From: Clostridia bacterium
GTDB lineage: Bacteria > Bacillota > Clostridia > Oscillospirales > CAG-272
Length of the DNA stretch: 64,000 nucleotides
Reading direction: 5' to 3'
Assembly: GCA_017625065.1 (NCBI GenBank)
Contig: JAGALS010000075.1
Location: forward strand, 3,659-67,658
Within the stretch, counting starts at the first letter, position 1; the number at the start of each line of letters is the position of its first letter. The notes beneath the pieces were generated by a model, which had not been told where the DNA came from, did no database searches, and worked only from the letters and a program-made list of their open reading frames with translations. This document shows positions 43,839 to 52,204 of the stretch, one piece after another. Made by a program: the position numbers and the translations under genes.

Positions 43839-45134
43839 TTATTTGTCAAGCAGGCAAGCAATTCCGGGAAGGGTCTTGCCCTCAAGGAATTCAAGCGAAG
43901 CACCGCCACCGGTGGAAACGTGGGTCATCTTGTCAGCAAAGCCGAGCTTTTCAACAGCAGCCGCGGAGTCGCCGCCGCCGATGATGGAGATCGCGCCCGA
44001 AGCAGCGACCGCATTTGCCACGGCGTGTGTGCCGGCAGCGAAGTTATCCCACTCGGAAACGCCCATCGGGCCGTTCCAAACAACGGTGCCCGCGTTCTTC
44101 AGAACCTCGGAGAACAGCTCCTGAGACTTAGGACCGATATCAAGACCCATCCAGCCCTCGGGGATCGCGTCGGAATCGACGATCATGCTCTCGGTATTGG
44201 GATCGTAAGCCTTGCCAAGCTTGTTATCAACGGGAAGCAGGAACTTAACGCCCTTTGCAGCCGCCTTTTCCATCAGCTCACGAGCCATATCCAGCTTGTC
44301 AGACTCACAAATAGAGGTACCGATCTCAAGGCCCTGTGCCTTGAAGAAGGTGTATGCCATGCCGCCGCCCACGATCAGGGTGTCGACCTTTTCGATGAGG
44401 TTGTTGATCACGCCGATCTTGTCGGAAACCTTAGCGCCGCCAAGGATCGCAACGAAGGGGCGCTTGGGATCCGAGAGAGCCCCGCCCATGATGGAGATCT
44501 CCTTCTGGATCAGGTAGCCGCAAACAGCGGGCAGGTAGTCAGCAAGACCTGCGGTGGATGCGTGTGCGCGGTGTGCGGTGCCGAACGCGTCGTTGACGTA
44601 GATCTCTGCCATAGAAGCCATTTCCTTGGCAAATTCGGGATCGTTCTTGGTCTCCTTCTTGTGGAAACGAACGTTCTCAAGCAAAAGAACCTGGCCGGGC
44701 TTAAGCGCTGCGGCCTTAGCCTTCGCGTCGGGACCGATGACGTCGGTTGCCATCTGAACATCGATGCCAAGCAGCTCGGAAAGGCGCTTTGCAACGGGAG
44801 CAAGCGAGAACTTGACGTTGTCGTTCTTTGCACCCTCAAGGTACTTTGCGGTAGCGGCAGCCTGCTCAGCCTCGGGCAGAGCCTCAACCTTCTTCTTTTC
44901 CTTCTTATCAAGCTCAAGCTTGGCGTCAAAAATGTTGTGGGGTCGGCCAAAGTGAGAGCAAAGGATGACAGCGGCGCCGTTATCCAGCAGATACTTGATG
45001 GTGGGCAGAGCGCCGACAATGCGCTTGTCGTCGGTGATCACACCGTCTTGCATGGGAACATTGAAATCGCAACGGGCGATAACCTTTTTGCCCTTGACTT
45101 CGATATCTTCGATCGTTTTCTTGTTGTAGGTCAT
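43839..45134 (-). CDS. pgk: Phosphoglycerate kinase
   Basis: [32 protein letters not shown] and [13 protein letters not shown] signatures. Confidence 0.95.
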   Translation of the reverse strand: MTYNKKTIEDIEVKGKKVIARCDFNVPMQDGVITDDKRIVGALPTIKYLLDNGAAVILCSHFGRPHNIFDAKLELDKKEKKKVEALPEAEQAAATAKYLEGAKNDNVKFSLAPVAKRLSELLGIDVQMATDVIGPDAKAKAAALKPGQVLLLENVRFHKKETKNDPEFAKEMASMAEIYVNDAFGTAHRAHASTAGLADYLPAVCGYLIQKEISIMGGALSDPKRPFVAILGGAKVSDKIGVINNLIEKVDTLIVGGGMAYTFFKAQGLEIGTSICESDKLDMARELMEKAAAKGVKFLLPVDNKLGKAYDPNTESMIVDSDAIPEGWMGLDIGPKSQELFSEVLKNAGTVVWNGPMGVSEWDNFAAGTHAVANAVAASGAISIIGGGDSAAAVEKLGFADKMTHVSTGGGASLEFLEGKTLPGIACLLDK

Positions 45135-45291
45135 TGTAAAAAACCACCTTTCTTAATTTAGGGCTGTTCACGGTAAAAACCGCTGTGCCCACTTCAACAG
45201 ATACATTTTAGCACAACGCGCTCTTTTTATCAAGAGTTTATTGTTAAATTTTTCCCGAATTTTGCGATTTTTAATAAATATTAATAAAAGA

Positions 45292-45337
45292 AGACAAAAA
45301 ACAACAGCCGAAGCGAGGAATTTTCCTGCTTTGGCTG
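45292..45337 (-). terminator. Terminator downstream of the HTH-S24 regulator gene
   Basis: On the minus strand: CAGCCAAAGCAGG-loop-CCTCGCTTCGGCTG followed by TTGTTTTTTG. Confidence 0.65.
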
Positions 45338-45354
45338 CTGTTATTTATGTATTA

Positions 45355-46155
45355 TTATCTCTTTTTGAGCTTACCGATGACCTTGCCCGCTACGCGCACG
45401 TCGTCAAAATCCTTGAGCAGGATGTCGCCGTATTCGGGATTGAGCGAATACAAGCGGTCGCCGCCAAAGACCTTGAAAAAGCCGTTGCCGTCCAGAATGA
45501 AGATGCCAAGCTCACCAAACTCGACCGTATCGGTCTCCTGCACCAAAAGAATATCACCGTCGCGGTAACGCGGCTCCATCGAGTTGCCGCTGATGCGAAG
45601 GGCGTAATCCGCCTCGCGCGTGCGAGCATTATCGCTGACGGTGATCTCGTCAGTGCTGTCTCCGTCCAGCATCACCCCGACACCTGCCGAAACGGGAAGA
45701 TCGTAAAGGGGCAACGTGCGCTTGCCAAAGCCGTTGTCGCTGCTCTCATAAGCGGCGGCAAGACGGGAGCTGAGGGGCTCAGGCGAGAGGATCCGCGCTC
45801 TTTTCATGGGCGCTTCCTTTTCCTTTTTTGGCAGATATGCCTCCTCGCGCTCAATGAGGGAAAGCACGGTTTCCCTTCCGCGCTCGTCAAGAGAGCGAAA
45901 GCGCTCGATCATATCGATCTCATCGTCGTCAAGGGTATAGTTATTGGGGTTTTCTTCAATGCCGTACATAATGTAGTCCAGCGAGCAGTTCAGTGCCTGG
46001 CAGATCGCCACGAAGTTGCTGAGCTTGGGGGATTCGCTGATCCCCGCGAGAATTTTGGCAAGTGTACCGCCGGGGATGCCGGTCTTTTCTGCCATTTCAT
46101 CATTGGTCATTTTGCGCTCGCTTTTGATCTGCTTAATGCGTTTGATATAATCCAT
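45355..46155 (-). CDS. XRE-family HTH regulator fused to an S24 (LexA/CI-like) self-cleaving peptidase domain
   Basis: The N-terminal HTH is MTNDEMAEKTGIPGGTLAKILAG...SNFVAICQALNCSLDYIMYG. The C-terminus has ISGNSMEPRYRDGDILLV (Ser nucleophile). At 266 aa it is longer than canonical LexA. Confidence 0.85.
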   Translation of the reverse strand: MDYIKRIKQIKSERKMTNDEMAEKTGIPGGTLAKILAGISESPKLSNFVAICQALNCSLDYIMYGIEENPNNYTLDDDEIDMIERFRSLDERGRETVLSLIEREEAYLPKKEKEAPMKRARILSPEPLSSRLAAAYESSDNGFGKRTLPLYDLPVSAGVGVMLDGDSTDEITVSDNARTREADYALRISGNSMEPRYRDGDILLVQETDTVEFGELGIFILDGNGFFKVFGGDRLYSLNPEYGDILLKDFDDVRVAGKVIGKLKKR

Positions 46156-46195
46156 AGCGCGCCTCCAATTTCCATCTTTGGTATCATTTTAGCGC

Positions 46196-46336
46196 GTTTT
46201 TTCCGTTTTGTCAAGAGATTTTCGAAAATATTTTTCCGTTTTTGGATAAATTTCCGATTTTGGAAAGCAAAATTCCTTGTCGGAAGTAGCGCTTCCGACA
46301 TTTTTCTCGTCGCTTGTCGATAGAAAACGGAAAACC
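46196..46336. promoter_or_regulatory. Repeated TTTCCG(T/A)TTTTG motif (3 direct copies plus 1 inverted) in the HTH-S24 gene upstream region; candidate operator sites
   Basis: TTCCG cores lie at 46201, 46234 and 46252, with an inverted CGGAA at 46328. All are within 180 nt upstream of the start at 46155. Confidence 0.3.
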
Positions 46337-46362
46337 GCGGAAGTGATGCTTCCGCGGTTTTT
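46334..46362. terminator. Bidirectional hairpin terminator downstream of the AraC gene
   Basis: ACCGCGGAAG-TGATG-CTTCCGCGGT with T-rich flanks on both strands. Confidence 0.6.
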
Positions 46363-46408
46363 CGTATGTTTTCGATTCATTATTTCTTTTAAAAATCAGG
46401 ATTCCCTT

Positions 46409-47209
46409 TTATTTTTGCTTGCGATACACAAGCGGACTCATACCGCTCCTCTTTTTGAAAATACGGCTGAAATAAAGGGGGTCGACGAAGCCGCACTGAG
46501 ACGCGATATCCCGAACGGGCAGATTCGTCATTTTTAAGAGATTCATTGCTTGGGACAGGCGGTAATTTTGCCTGTATTCATTTGGCGTGACGCCATAAAT
46601 GCTTTTAAATGAACGAATAAAATGCGATGCGCTGACATTGTACGATCGGGCAAGCGATGCCACACTCACGGTGCTTTGTGTGCTTTCCAATGCTCTCACG
46701 GCTTTGTCATACAAATGCTTTGGCGCTTGTCTTTTCTTGAAGAGCGAAAGAAAAGAGAAAAACAGTGATACGGCAAAATCCGACGCCTCCTCGGAGCATA
46801 CTGCAAGCTCCTTTGTCAGCATCGCAAACAGGGCATCCTTTTCCTGCTTTTGCCCGTTGTCGGTGTTGATCCCCCTTTGTATTTCGCAACGCGAAAGGAT
46901 TTCCGAGACCCTATTCCCCGTAAAATGGATCCAATAGTAGCGGCTATTGTCGGCCTGCTTATAGGCATATGCGTGCGGTTCTTGCGGCAAAAGCAGGTAT
47001 GCTTCTCCACTTTTTAACGTGATACCGTTGATGAACAGCTCGCCGCTTGATACATATAAAAGATGATAGTCCGCCCTAGGAGTAGAACGGACGGTGGTAA
47101 TGTCCTTCGTTATGTTAAAATAATAGCCGCAGTTGTTGATGTACAGCCAATCCTTGTTGCCGTATCCCTTGTCGTAGTCGGAATCGTGCTTGAAATAAAA
47201 TGCCTTCAT
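46409..47209 (-). CDS. AraC-family transcriptional regulator (cupin sensor plus 2x HTH)
   Basis: The C-terminus has VASLARSYNVSASHFIRSFKSIYGVTPNEYR...DIASQCGFVDPLYFSRIFKKRSGMSP. ATG 47209 has a GGAG RBS; the track start at 47269 is an extension. Confidence 0.88.
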   Translation of the reverse strand: MKAFYFKHDSDYDKGYGNKDWLYINNCGYYFNITKDITTVRSTPRADYHLLYVSSGELFINGITLKSGEAYLLLPQEPHAYAYKQADNSRYYWIHFTGNRVSEILSRCEIQRGINTDNGQKQEKDALFAMLTKELAVCSEEASDFAVSLFFSFLSLFKKRQAPKHLYDKAVRALESTQSTVSVASLARSYNVSASHFIRSFKSIYGVTPNEYRQNYRLSQAMNLLKMTNLPVRDIASQCGFVDPLYFSRIFKKRSGMSPLVYRKQK

Positions 47210-47356
47210 TTTTCGCTCCAAATCAATATCGCACATTATTTTTAATAAAATTATAGCATAAAAAATCAATTTTGTCTATATATTCTAAATTTTGTTGATT
47301 TACTTTTCACCAAAAATCGGTTAAAGTAAAGCTATAGATCAAAAGGAGGCAGAAAT

Positions 47357-49660
47357 ATGCGTGAAAAAATAAACCTTGATAAGGGCTGGAAGTTCCACAA
47401 GGGAGATATCCAAACCGAGCTTTCAACACAAAAGGCGATCGTATATAACGAGGCAAAGACCGAGCGCGCGCTGCGCGGTCCCGCAAGCCGAAATTATAAT
47501 ACGTCAAGCACCGCCACCGAGCGTTGGGAAAAGATCAATCTTCCGCATGATTACGTGATATACGAAACGCCTATGCGCGAGGGAAATGAGGGGCTCGGCT
47601 TTTACCCTTATCACAATGCGTGGTACGTCAAAAAATTCCGCCTTTCAGAAGAAGATAAAAGCAAGCGCTTGACTCTTTTCTTTGAGGGCGTCGCCACGTA
47701 TGCGACGGTTTACGTGAACGGATGCTTAATGAAGCATAACTACTGCGGCTACACCGAATTTGAGGTGGACATCACCGACGTTGCGGAATTTGAAGCCGAA
47801 AACACGATTTCGGTTTACGTAAACACCGAGCATCACGAGGGCTGGTGGTACGAGGGCGGAGGCATCTACCGCCACGTGTGGCTCAAAAAAAGCGACCTTG
47901 TCAGCGTTGACCTATACGGCGTTTATGCGAACCCACAAAAGATCACAGACGATCTTTGGAGCGTTTTGACAGAGGTGACGTTGCGCAACGATCATTTTGA
48001 AAGCAAACGCGTGCAGGTTTTGTGTGAGATTCAAAACAGCTTGGGCATAACGGTCGCCGACGGCTCTTGCGGCGGCTTGATCGCGGGAATGGATAAGCGC
48101 ATATTCAAATTAAAGATCGACGTGCAAGCCCCTTCCCTTTGGTCCCCCGATTCGCCTGATCTATATTCCTTACGGACTCACGTGTACGTTGGAAAACAAG
48201 AGGTCGATGTGTATGACACAAGATTTGGTTTTCGAACCCTGCTTGCCGATCCGCAAAAGGGTCTTTTTATCAACGGAAAGCATTACAAGATCCAAGGTGT
48301 TTGCGGTCACGCGGACTGCGGTCTGATGGGGAAAGCGGTGCCGGACAACATTCATCGCTACAAGGTGCGTCTGATGCGTGAAATGGGCGCAAACGGTTAC
48401 CGTACCACACACTATCCGCAAAGCGAGGCGCTGATGGACGCCTTGGACGAGAACGGCTTTATCGTGATGAACGAGGCGCGCTGGTTTGAAAGCACCGAGG
48501 AAGCACGCGCGCAGCTTGAAATGCTTGTGAAGCGTGACCGAAACAGACCTTCGGTCGTGTTTTGGTCTCTTGGCAACGAAGAACCCTTTCATGTCAACGA
48601 AAAAGGCAGACGTATCTCCAAAAATCTTTATTCCTTGGTCAAAAAACTTGACAGCACAAGATACATTATGACGGCGATCTGCGTCACCCCTGTACAAGCC
48701 ACGGTCTGCGACGATCTTGATGCGATCGGTGTTAATTACAATTGGAACGCATACGACGCGCTACACGAAAAATATCCTCACAAGCCGATCCTATCCTCGG
48801 AGTGCTGCGCAACCGGCACCACACGCGGCTGGTATTTTGACGACAACCCCGATAAAGCATTTATCCGCGCGCACGATCACGACACAAACAATTACTTCCG
48901 CAGCAGAGAATATACATGGAAATACATTTGCGAGCGCGAATGGCTGCTGGGCGGATATCAATGGATCGCCTTCGAGCACAGAGGTGAGGCAACATGGCCC
49001 CGCCTTTGCTCACAAAGCGGCGCGATCGATCTGTTTTTACAAAAAAAGGACGCCTTTTGGCAAAACCGATCCCATTGGACAAGCGAGCCAATGGTTCATT
49101 TACTGCCCCATTGGAATTGGGCGGGGCTTGAGGGCGAGATCATCCGCGTATTTGCATATACAAACACCAAGCGGCTTGAGCTGTTCCTCAACGGCAGATC
49201 TCTTGGCTCTCACGACATTGAAAAATACGGTCACGGCGAATGGGAAGTGGCATATGAGGCGGGAGAATTGGAGGTCAGGGCTTACGAAGGGGATCGGATC
49301 GTCGCGCGTGATGTGCGCGTCACCTCAAAAAAGCCGCACCGCCTTGACTTGAAGCTGGATACAACGGACGTTAAAGCAAACGGAGAGGATATTGCGGTCT
49401 TTACGTGCCGCGTCCTTGACGAGGACGGAAACGAGGTATATGACGCAACGCCCACGGTCACCTTTTCCAGCAATTCCCTTGGTCGGATCTACTCAACGGG
49501 ATCTGATATCACAGATCATACAAGCATATTCCTTTCCACTCGCAGAATGCGCGCGGGGCGCATCACCGTGGCGGTAAAATTAGGCACGACCGAAGGAATG
49601 CTGAAGCTTTACGCCGAGAGTTCCGGATTGGAAACCGGTGTGATAACGGTTCAAATATAA
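47357..49660 (+). CDS. Glycoside hydrolase family 2 enzyme (beta-galactosidase/beta-glucuronidase-like)
   Basis: LDKGWKF N-terminus, NGYRTTHYP, WSLGNEE (acid/base Glu) and a downstream nucleophile region. AAGGAGG RBS. Confidence 0.9.
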   Translation: MREKINLDKGWKFHKGDIQTELSTQKAIVYNEAKTERALRGPASRNYNTSSTATERWEKINLPHDYVIYETPMREGNEGLGFYPYHNAWYVKKFRLSEEDKSKRLTLFFEGVATYATVYVNGCLMKHNYCGYTEFEVDITDVAEFEAENTISVYVNTEHHEGWWYEGGGIYRHVWLKKSDLVSVDLYGVYANPQKITDDLWSVLTEVTLRNDHFESKRVQVLCEIQNSLGITVADGSCGGLIAGMDKRIFKLKIDVQAPSLWSPDSPDLYSLRTHVYVGKQEVDVYDTRFGFRTLLADPQKGLFINGKHYKIQGVCGHADCGLMGKAVPDNIHRYKVRLMREMGANGYRTTHYPQSEALMDALDENGFIVMNEARWFESTEEARAQLEMLVKRDRNRPSVVFWSLGNEEPFHVNEKGRRISKNLYSLVKKLDSTRYIMTAICVTPVQATVCDDLDAIGVNYNWNAYDALHEKYPHKPILSSECCATGTTRGWYFDDNPDKAFIRAHDHDTNNYFRSREYTWKYICEREWLLGGYQWIAFEHRGEATWPRLCSQSGAIDLFLQKKDAFWQNRSHWTSEPMVHLLPHWNWAGLEGEIIRVFAYTNTKRLELFLNGRSLGSHDIEKYGHGEWEVAYEAGELEVRAYEGDRIVARDVRVTSKKPHRLDLKLDTTDVKANGEDIAVFTCRVLDEDGNEVYDATPTVTFSSNSLGRIYSTGSDITDHTSIFLSTRRMRAGRITVAVKLGTTEGMLKLYAESSGLETGVITVQI

Positions 49661-49680
49661 TTTAAAAATTTCTTGCCTAG

Positions 49681-50595
49681 GTGCTTTATATGATCGGTTA
49701 TTTGTTTTTGGGAATTGCCTTGATCGCAGGAACTGCCAAGGGGTACTGCGGAAAAAGGATATCCGGCAGGATCACGACACTTTCGGATTCGGTGCTTACC
49801 AATACAGGCAGAATGCTGCTGTGTATGATCATTGGTTTTTTGCTCGTACTCGTGCAGGATGGCCCTTCTGCCCTTGCCGTCGATCGAGCAACACTTTGGA
49901 CATCGCTTCTTGGCGGCGTTTGCTCTGCCTTGTTCGTGATCAGCTGGCTCTTTGCCGTCAAGCAGAGCGCATATATGATGGTCGAGGTCTTTTTGTTGCT
50001 TGGCGCGATGATCCCCATTTCGCTCAGCGCCCTGCTTTTTGATGAGCGAATACGTCTGATACAAGGTATTGGCATCGCGATCCTTTTGGTTGCGGTCTAT
50101 ATCATGAGCACGTATAACACCTCGATCAAAGGAAAGATGAGCGTAAAAGCAACGATCCCCTTGGTCGTCGCGGGGATCGCAAACGGATCTGCGGATCTTT
50201 CGCAAAAGATGTTCTCAAGGCTTGGCGGAAACGATTCGGCCTCCGCGTTCAATCTGTATACTTATATCTTCGCCGCCGCTGTTCTGCTTGTTTTTTATCT
50301 TTTCCTATGTATAAAAAACAAAAAACGACAAGAGCGAGCGTGCGATCTTAACATTTTCCGTCACACTTGGGGCTTCATATTGATGATGGCGATCTGCCTT
50401 TTTATGAACTCCTATTTTAAAACACTTTCTGCTGCGCACATCACCGCAACACAGCTTTATCCCTTAAATCAAGGTGCGTCTGTGGTCCTTTCGCTGCTGA
50501 TGTCGGCAATCTTTTTTAAAGAAAAGATCAATGTCAAAAGTGTTTTGGGGATCTGTCTTGCTTTTGTTGCACTGCTTTTGATCAATTTTTTCTAA
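49681..50595 (+). CDS. 10-TM DMT/EamA-like transporter
   Basis: 304 aa of regularly spaced hydrophobic helices in two similar halves, 20 nt downstream of the GH2 gene. The start could be GTG 49681 or ATG 49690. Confidence 0.55.
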   Translation: MLYMIGYLFLGIALIAGTAKGYCGKRISGRITTLSDSVLTNTGRMLLCMIIGFLLVLVQDGPSALAVDRATLWTSLLGGVCSALFVISWLFAVKQSAYMMVEVFLLLGAMIPISLSALLFDERIRLIQGIGIAILLVAVYIMSTYNTSIKGKMSVKATIPLVVAGIANGSADLSQKMFSRLGGNDSASAFNLYTYIFAAAVLLVFYLFLCIKNKKRQERACDLNIFRHTWGFILMMAICLFMNSYFKTLSAAHITATQLYPLNQGASVVLSLLMSAIFFKEKINVKSVLGICLAFVALLLINFF

Positions 50596-50599
50596 AAAT

Positions 50600-50636
50600 A
50601 AAAAGGATAGAGTTTTTCGTTCTCTATCCTTTTTCT
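50600..50636. terminator. Bidirectional terminator
   Basis: AAAAAGGATAGAG-loop-CTCTATCCTTTTT. Confidence 0.7.
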
Positions 50637-50647
50637 CTTTCCTGTTT

Positions 50648-51796
50648 TCAAAAAAGCGGATCGTTTGGCAAATTTCGCGCTAAATTGACGTTTTTATAGC
50701 GGTGGTCGCTTGTCACCTCGCGAATGACCTTGATGCTCGGCAAAATTGTAAAACCCTCGTCCTCTGCGGAAAGCTCGACCTCAAGGGTTGCTCTGTCCTG
50801 CCAGAAGTCGTAAAGGTCGATCTCAAGCACGTGCCCCTTGTACGGGATCGCGTAGCGCGTTTTGAGAATGGGGCGAGCATCAGGATCGGCATCGGCTAAC
50901 AGGCGCTGATATTCGGCCTCGGTCAGCTCGTTTTCTTCCTCAATATAGCGCAGGTCGCTGACGCGGCGCTTGCGCGTATAAATATAGGATACGTTTTTCC
51001 CCTCGCGCACCTCGCGCACGCGGCGACTCTCGCCCTTTGGGGCGGTTAAATAGGTCTGCACAAAACGCTTCACGCGGCAGCCCTGTATTTGCTGTAACGC
51101 TTCCGCGTCGGGATAGGCGATCAGGAATTTGCGCTCGATCTCAAAGTGCGTGTTGGCGAACAGCTCCCACGGGAAATCGGTGGGGGTGGGGGCTTCAAAG
51201 GTGCAGATCTTTTGGGTTCGGGGGTGCGGAAAGGTGAGGCTTGTCGCAGCCAAGGCAAGAAAGGATGCTTTTTGGCGGCTGCCGTACTTGCCGTCGCCCA
51301 CAAGGGGCAGTCCGCGCGAGGCAAATTGCACGCGGATCTGATGCGAGCGTCCCGTCAATAATTTGATGGAAATGCGCGAAAAATCGACACCGTTTGCATT
51401 TTTTGTGTCCATCAAGCGGTATTGCAGGATCGCTTCCTTGGTGCCCTTTCGCTCGCGGTCAGCAACAAAGGTCTTGTTCTGCCTTTGGTCGTGATACAGG
51501 TGGTCGCGCCACTCGCCCTCATTGGCATTTGGCGTGCCTGTCACAACGGCGGTATAGACCTTTTGCAAAGCACCCGACTGTATCGCCGCCGAGAGAGCCG
51601 CGGCGGCTTTTTTGTTGCGTGCATAGACCATCACGCCGCCAACGGCGCGGTCAAGGCGGTGCACGGTAAAGACGTCGCCGCCGATCGCCTCGCGCAAAAG
51701 CGCGGGCATCGTCTGCTCGCCCGCTTGCTCCTCGGAAAGCACGCCGCGGGGCTTCACGGCAACGACGATATCCTTGTCACAATGTAAGATCTCCAC
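50648..51796 (-). CDS. RluA-family pseudouridine synthase fused to a C-terminal CYTH (triphosphate tunnel metalloenzyme) domain
   Basis: GTG 51796 has an AAGGAG RBS. The RluA core has VHRLDRAVGGVMVYA and RSHQIRVQFAS. From about aa 217 (nt 51148 downward) comes HFEIERKFL (ExExK), and further on TLEVELSAED, the hallmark first and last strands of CYTH. Confidence 0.85.
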   Translation of the reverse strand: MEILHCDKDIVVAVKPRGVLSEEQAGEQTMPALLREAIGGDVFTVHRLDRAVGGVMVYARNKKAAAALSAAIQSGALQKVYTAVVTGTPNANEGEWRDHLYHDQRQNKTFVADRERKGTKEAILQYRLMDTKNANGVDFSRISIKLLTGRSHQIRVQFASRGLPLVGDGKYGSRQKASFLALAATSLTFPHPRTQKICTFEAPTPTDFPWELFANTHFEIERKFLIAYPDAEALQQIQGCRVKRFVQTYLTAPKGESRRVREVREGKNVSYIYTRKRRVSDLRYIEEENELTEAEYQRLLADADPDARPILKTRYAIPYKGHVLEIDLYDFWQDRATLEVELSAEDEGFTILPSIKVIREVTSDHRYKNVNLARNLPNDPLF

Positions 51797-51896
51797 GGTG
51801 TGCTCCTTTCAAAAAAGTGGGGGTACGGGGTGAGAAATTGCGGGAAATGGTAGCCAAAACACCGTAAAAACGGGCAAGGACTATCCCGCGAGATCT

Positions 51897-52204
51897 CAAA
51901 ATGCAGCTGCATTTTGCTCGATAAAACGCGCAATTTATTGCACGTTTTATCTCGTTCGACTTCGCAAACACCGCACCGTGGTGTTTGCTTCGCTCAAAAT
52001 AACGCGGGACGAAATAAGCAGAGCAAAGAAAATTTCGTCTTCTCCAGCGGGGAGTTTTCGCCTTCCACGGCAAATTTTGCCTTCTCCAGCGGAGAAGGTG
52101 GCGGCGTAGCCGACGGATGAGGAGAGCCGGTTTATGCAGTCAAAGGGTGTTCTCCTCATCCACCACTTCGTGGTCCCCCTTCCCCGCTGGGGAAGGCTTT
52201 TTTA
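51897..52204. repeat. Intergenic array of hairpins and short direct repeats ending in a plus-strand intrinsic terminator
   Basis: The array contains AAAATGCAGCTGCATTTT, GATAAAACG...CGTTTTATC (51920-51951), GCAAACACC...GGTGTTTGC (51964-51988), and CTTCTCCAGCGG repeated at 52039 and 52081. It also has GATGAGGAGA...TCTCCTCATC (52116-52160) and CCTTCCCC-GCT-GGGGAAGG followed by CTTTTTT (52178-52204). Confidence 0.55.

Noticed and set aside
43044-45134. Incomplete glycolytic operon (pgk-tpiA without gap, gpmI or eno; eno lies 15 kb away)
   Set aside because: The gene order of central glycolytic genes varies widely among Firmicutes. Gap and gpm may lie outside the window, so this is not evidence of anything unusual.
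43362-45161. 599-aa plus-strand ORF
   Set aside because: It is entirely antisense to the clearly recognisable tpiA and pgk genes. It has a low-complexity translation and no RBS, which is typical of shadow ORFs in GC-rich coding DNA.
45241-46323. 360-aa plus-strand ORF
   Set aside because: It is antisense to the HTH-S24 regulator gene and spans two intergenic regions including a terminator. It has no RBS.
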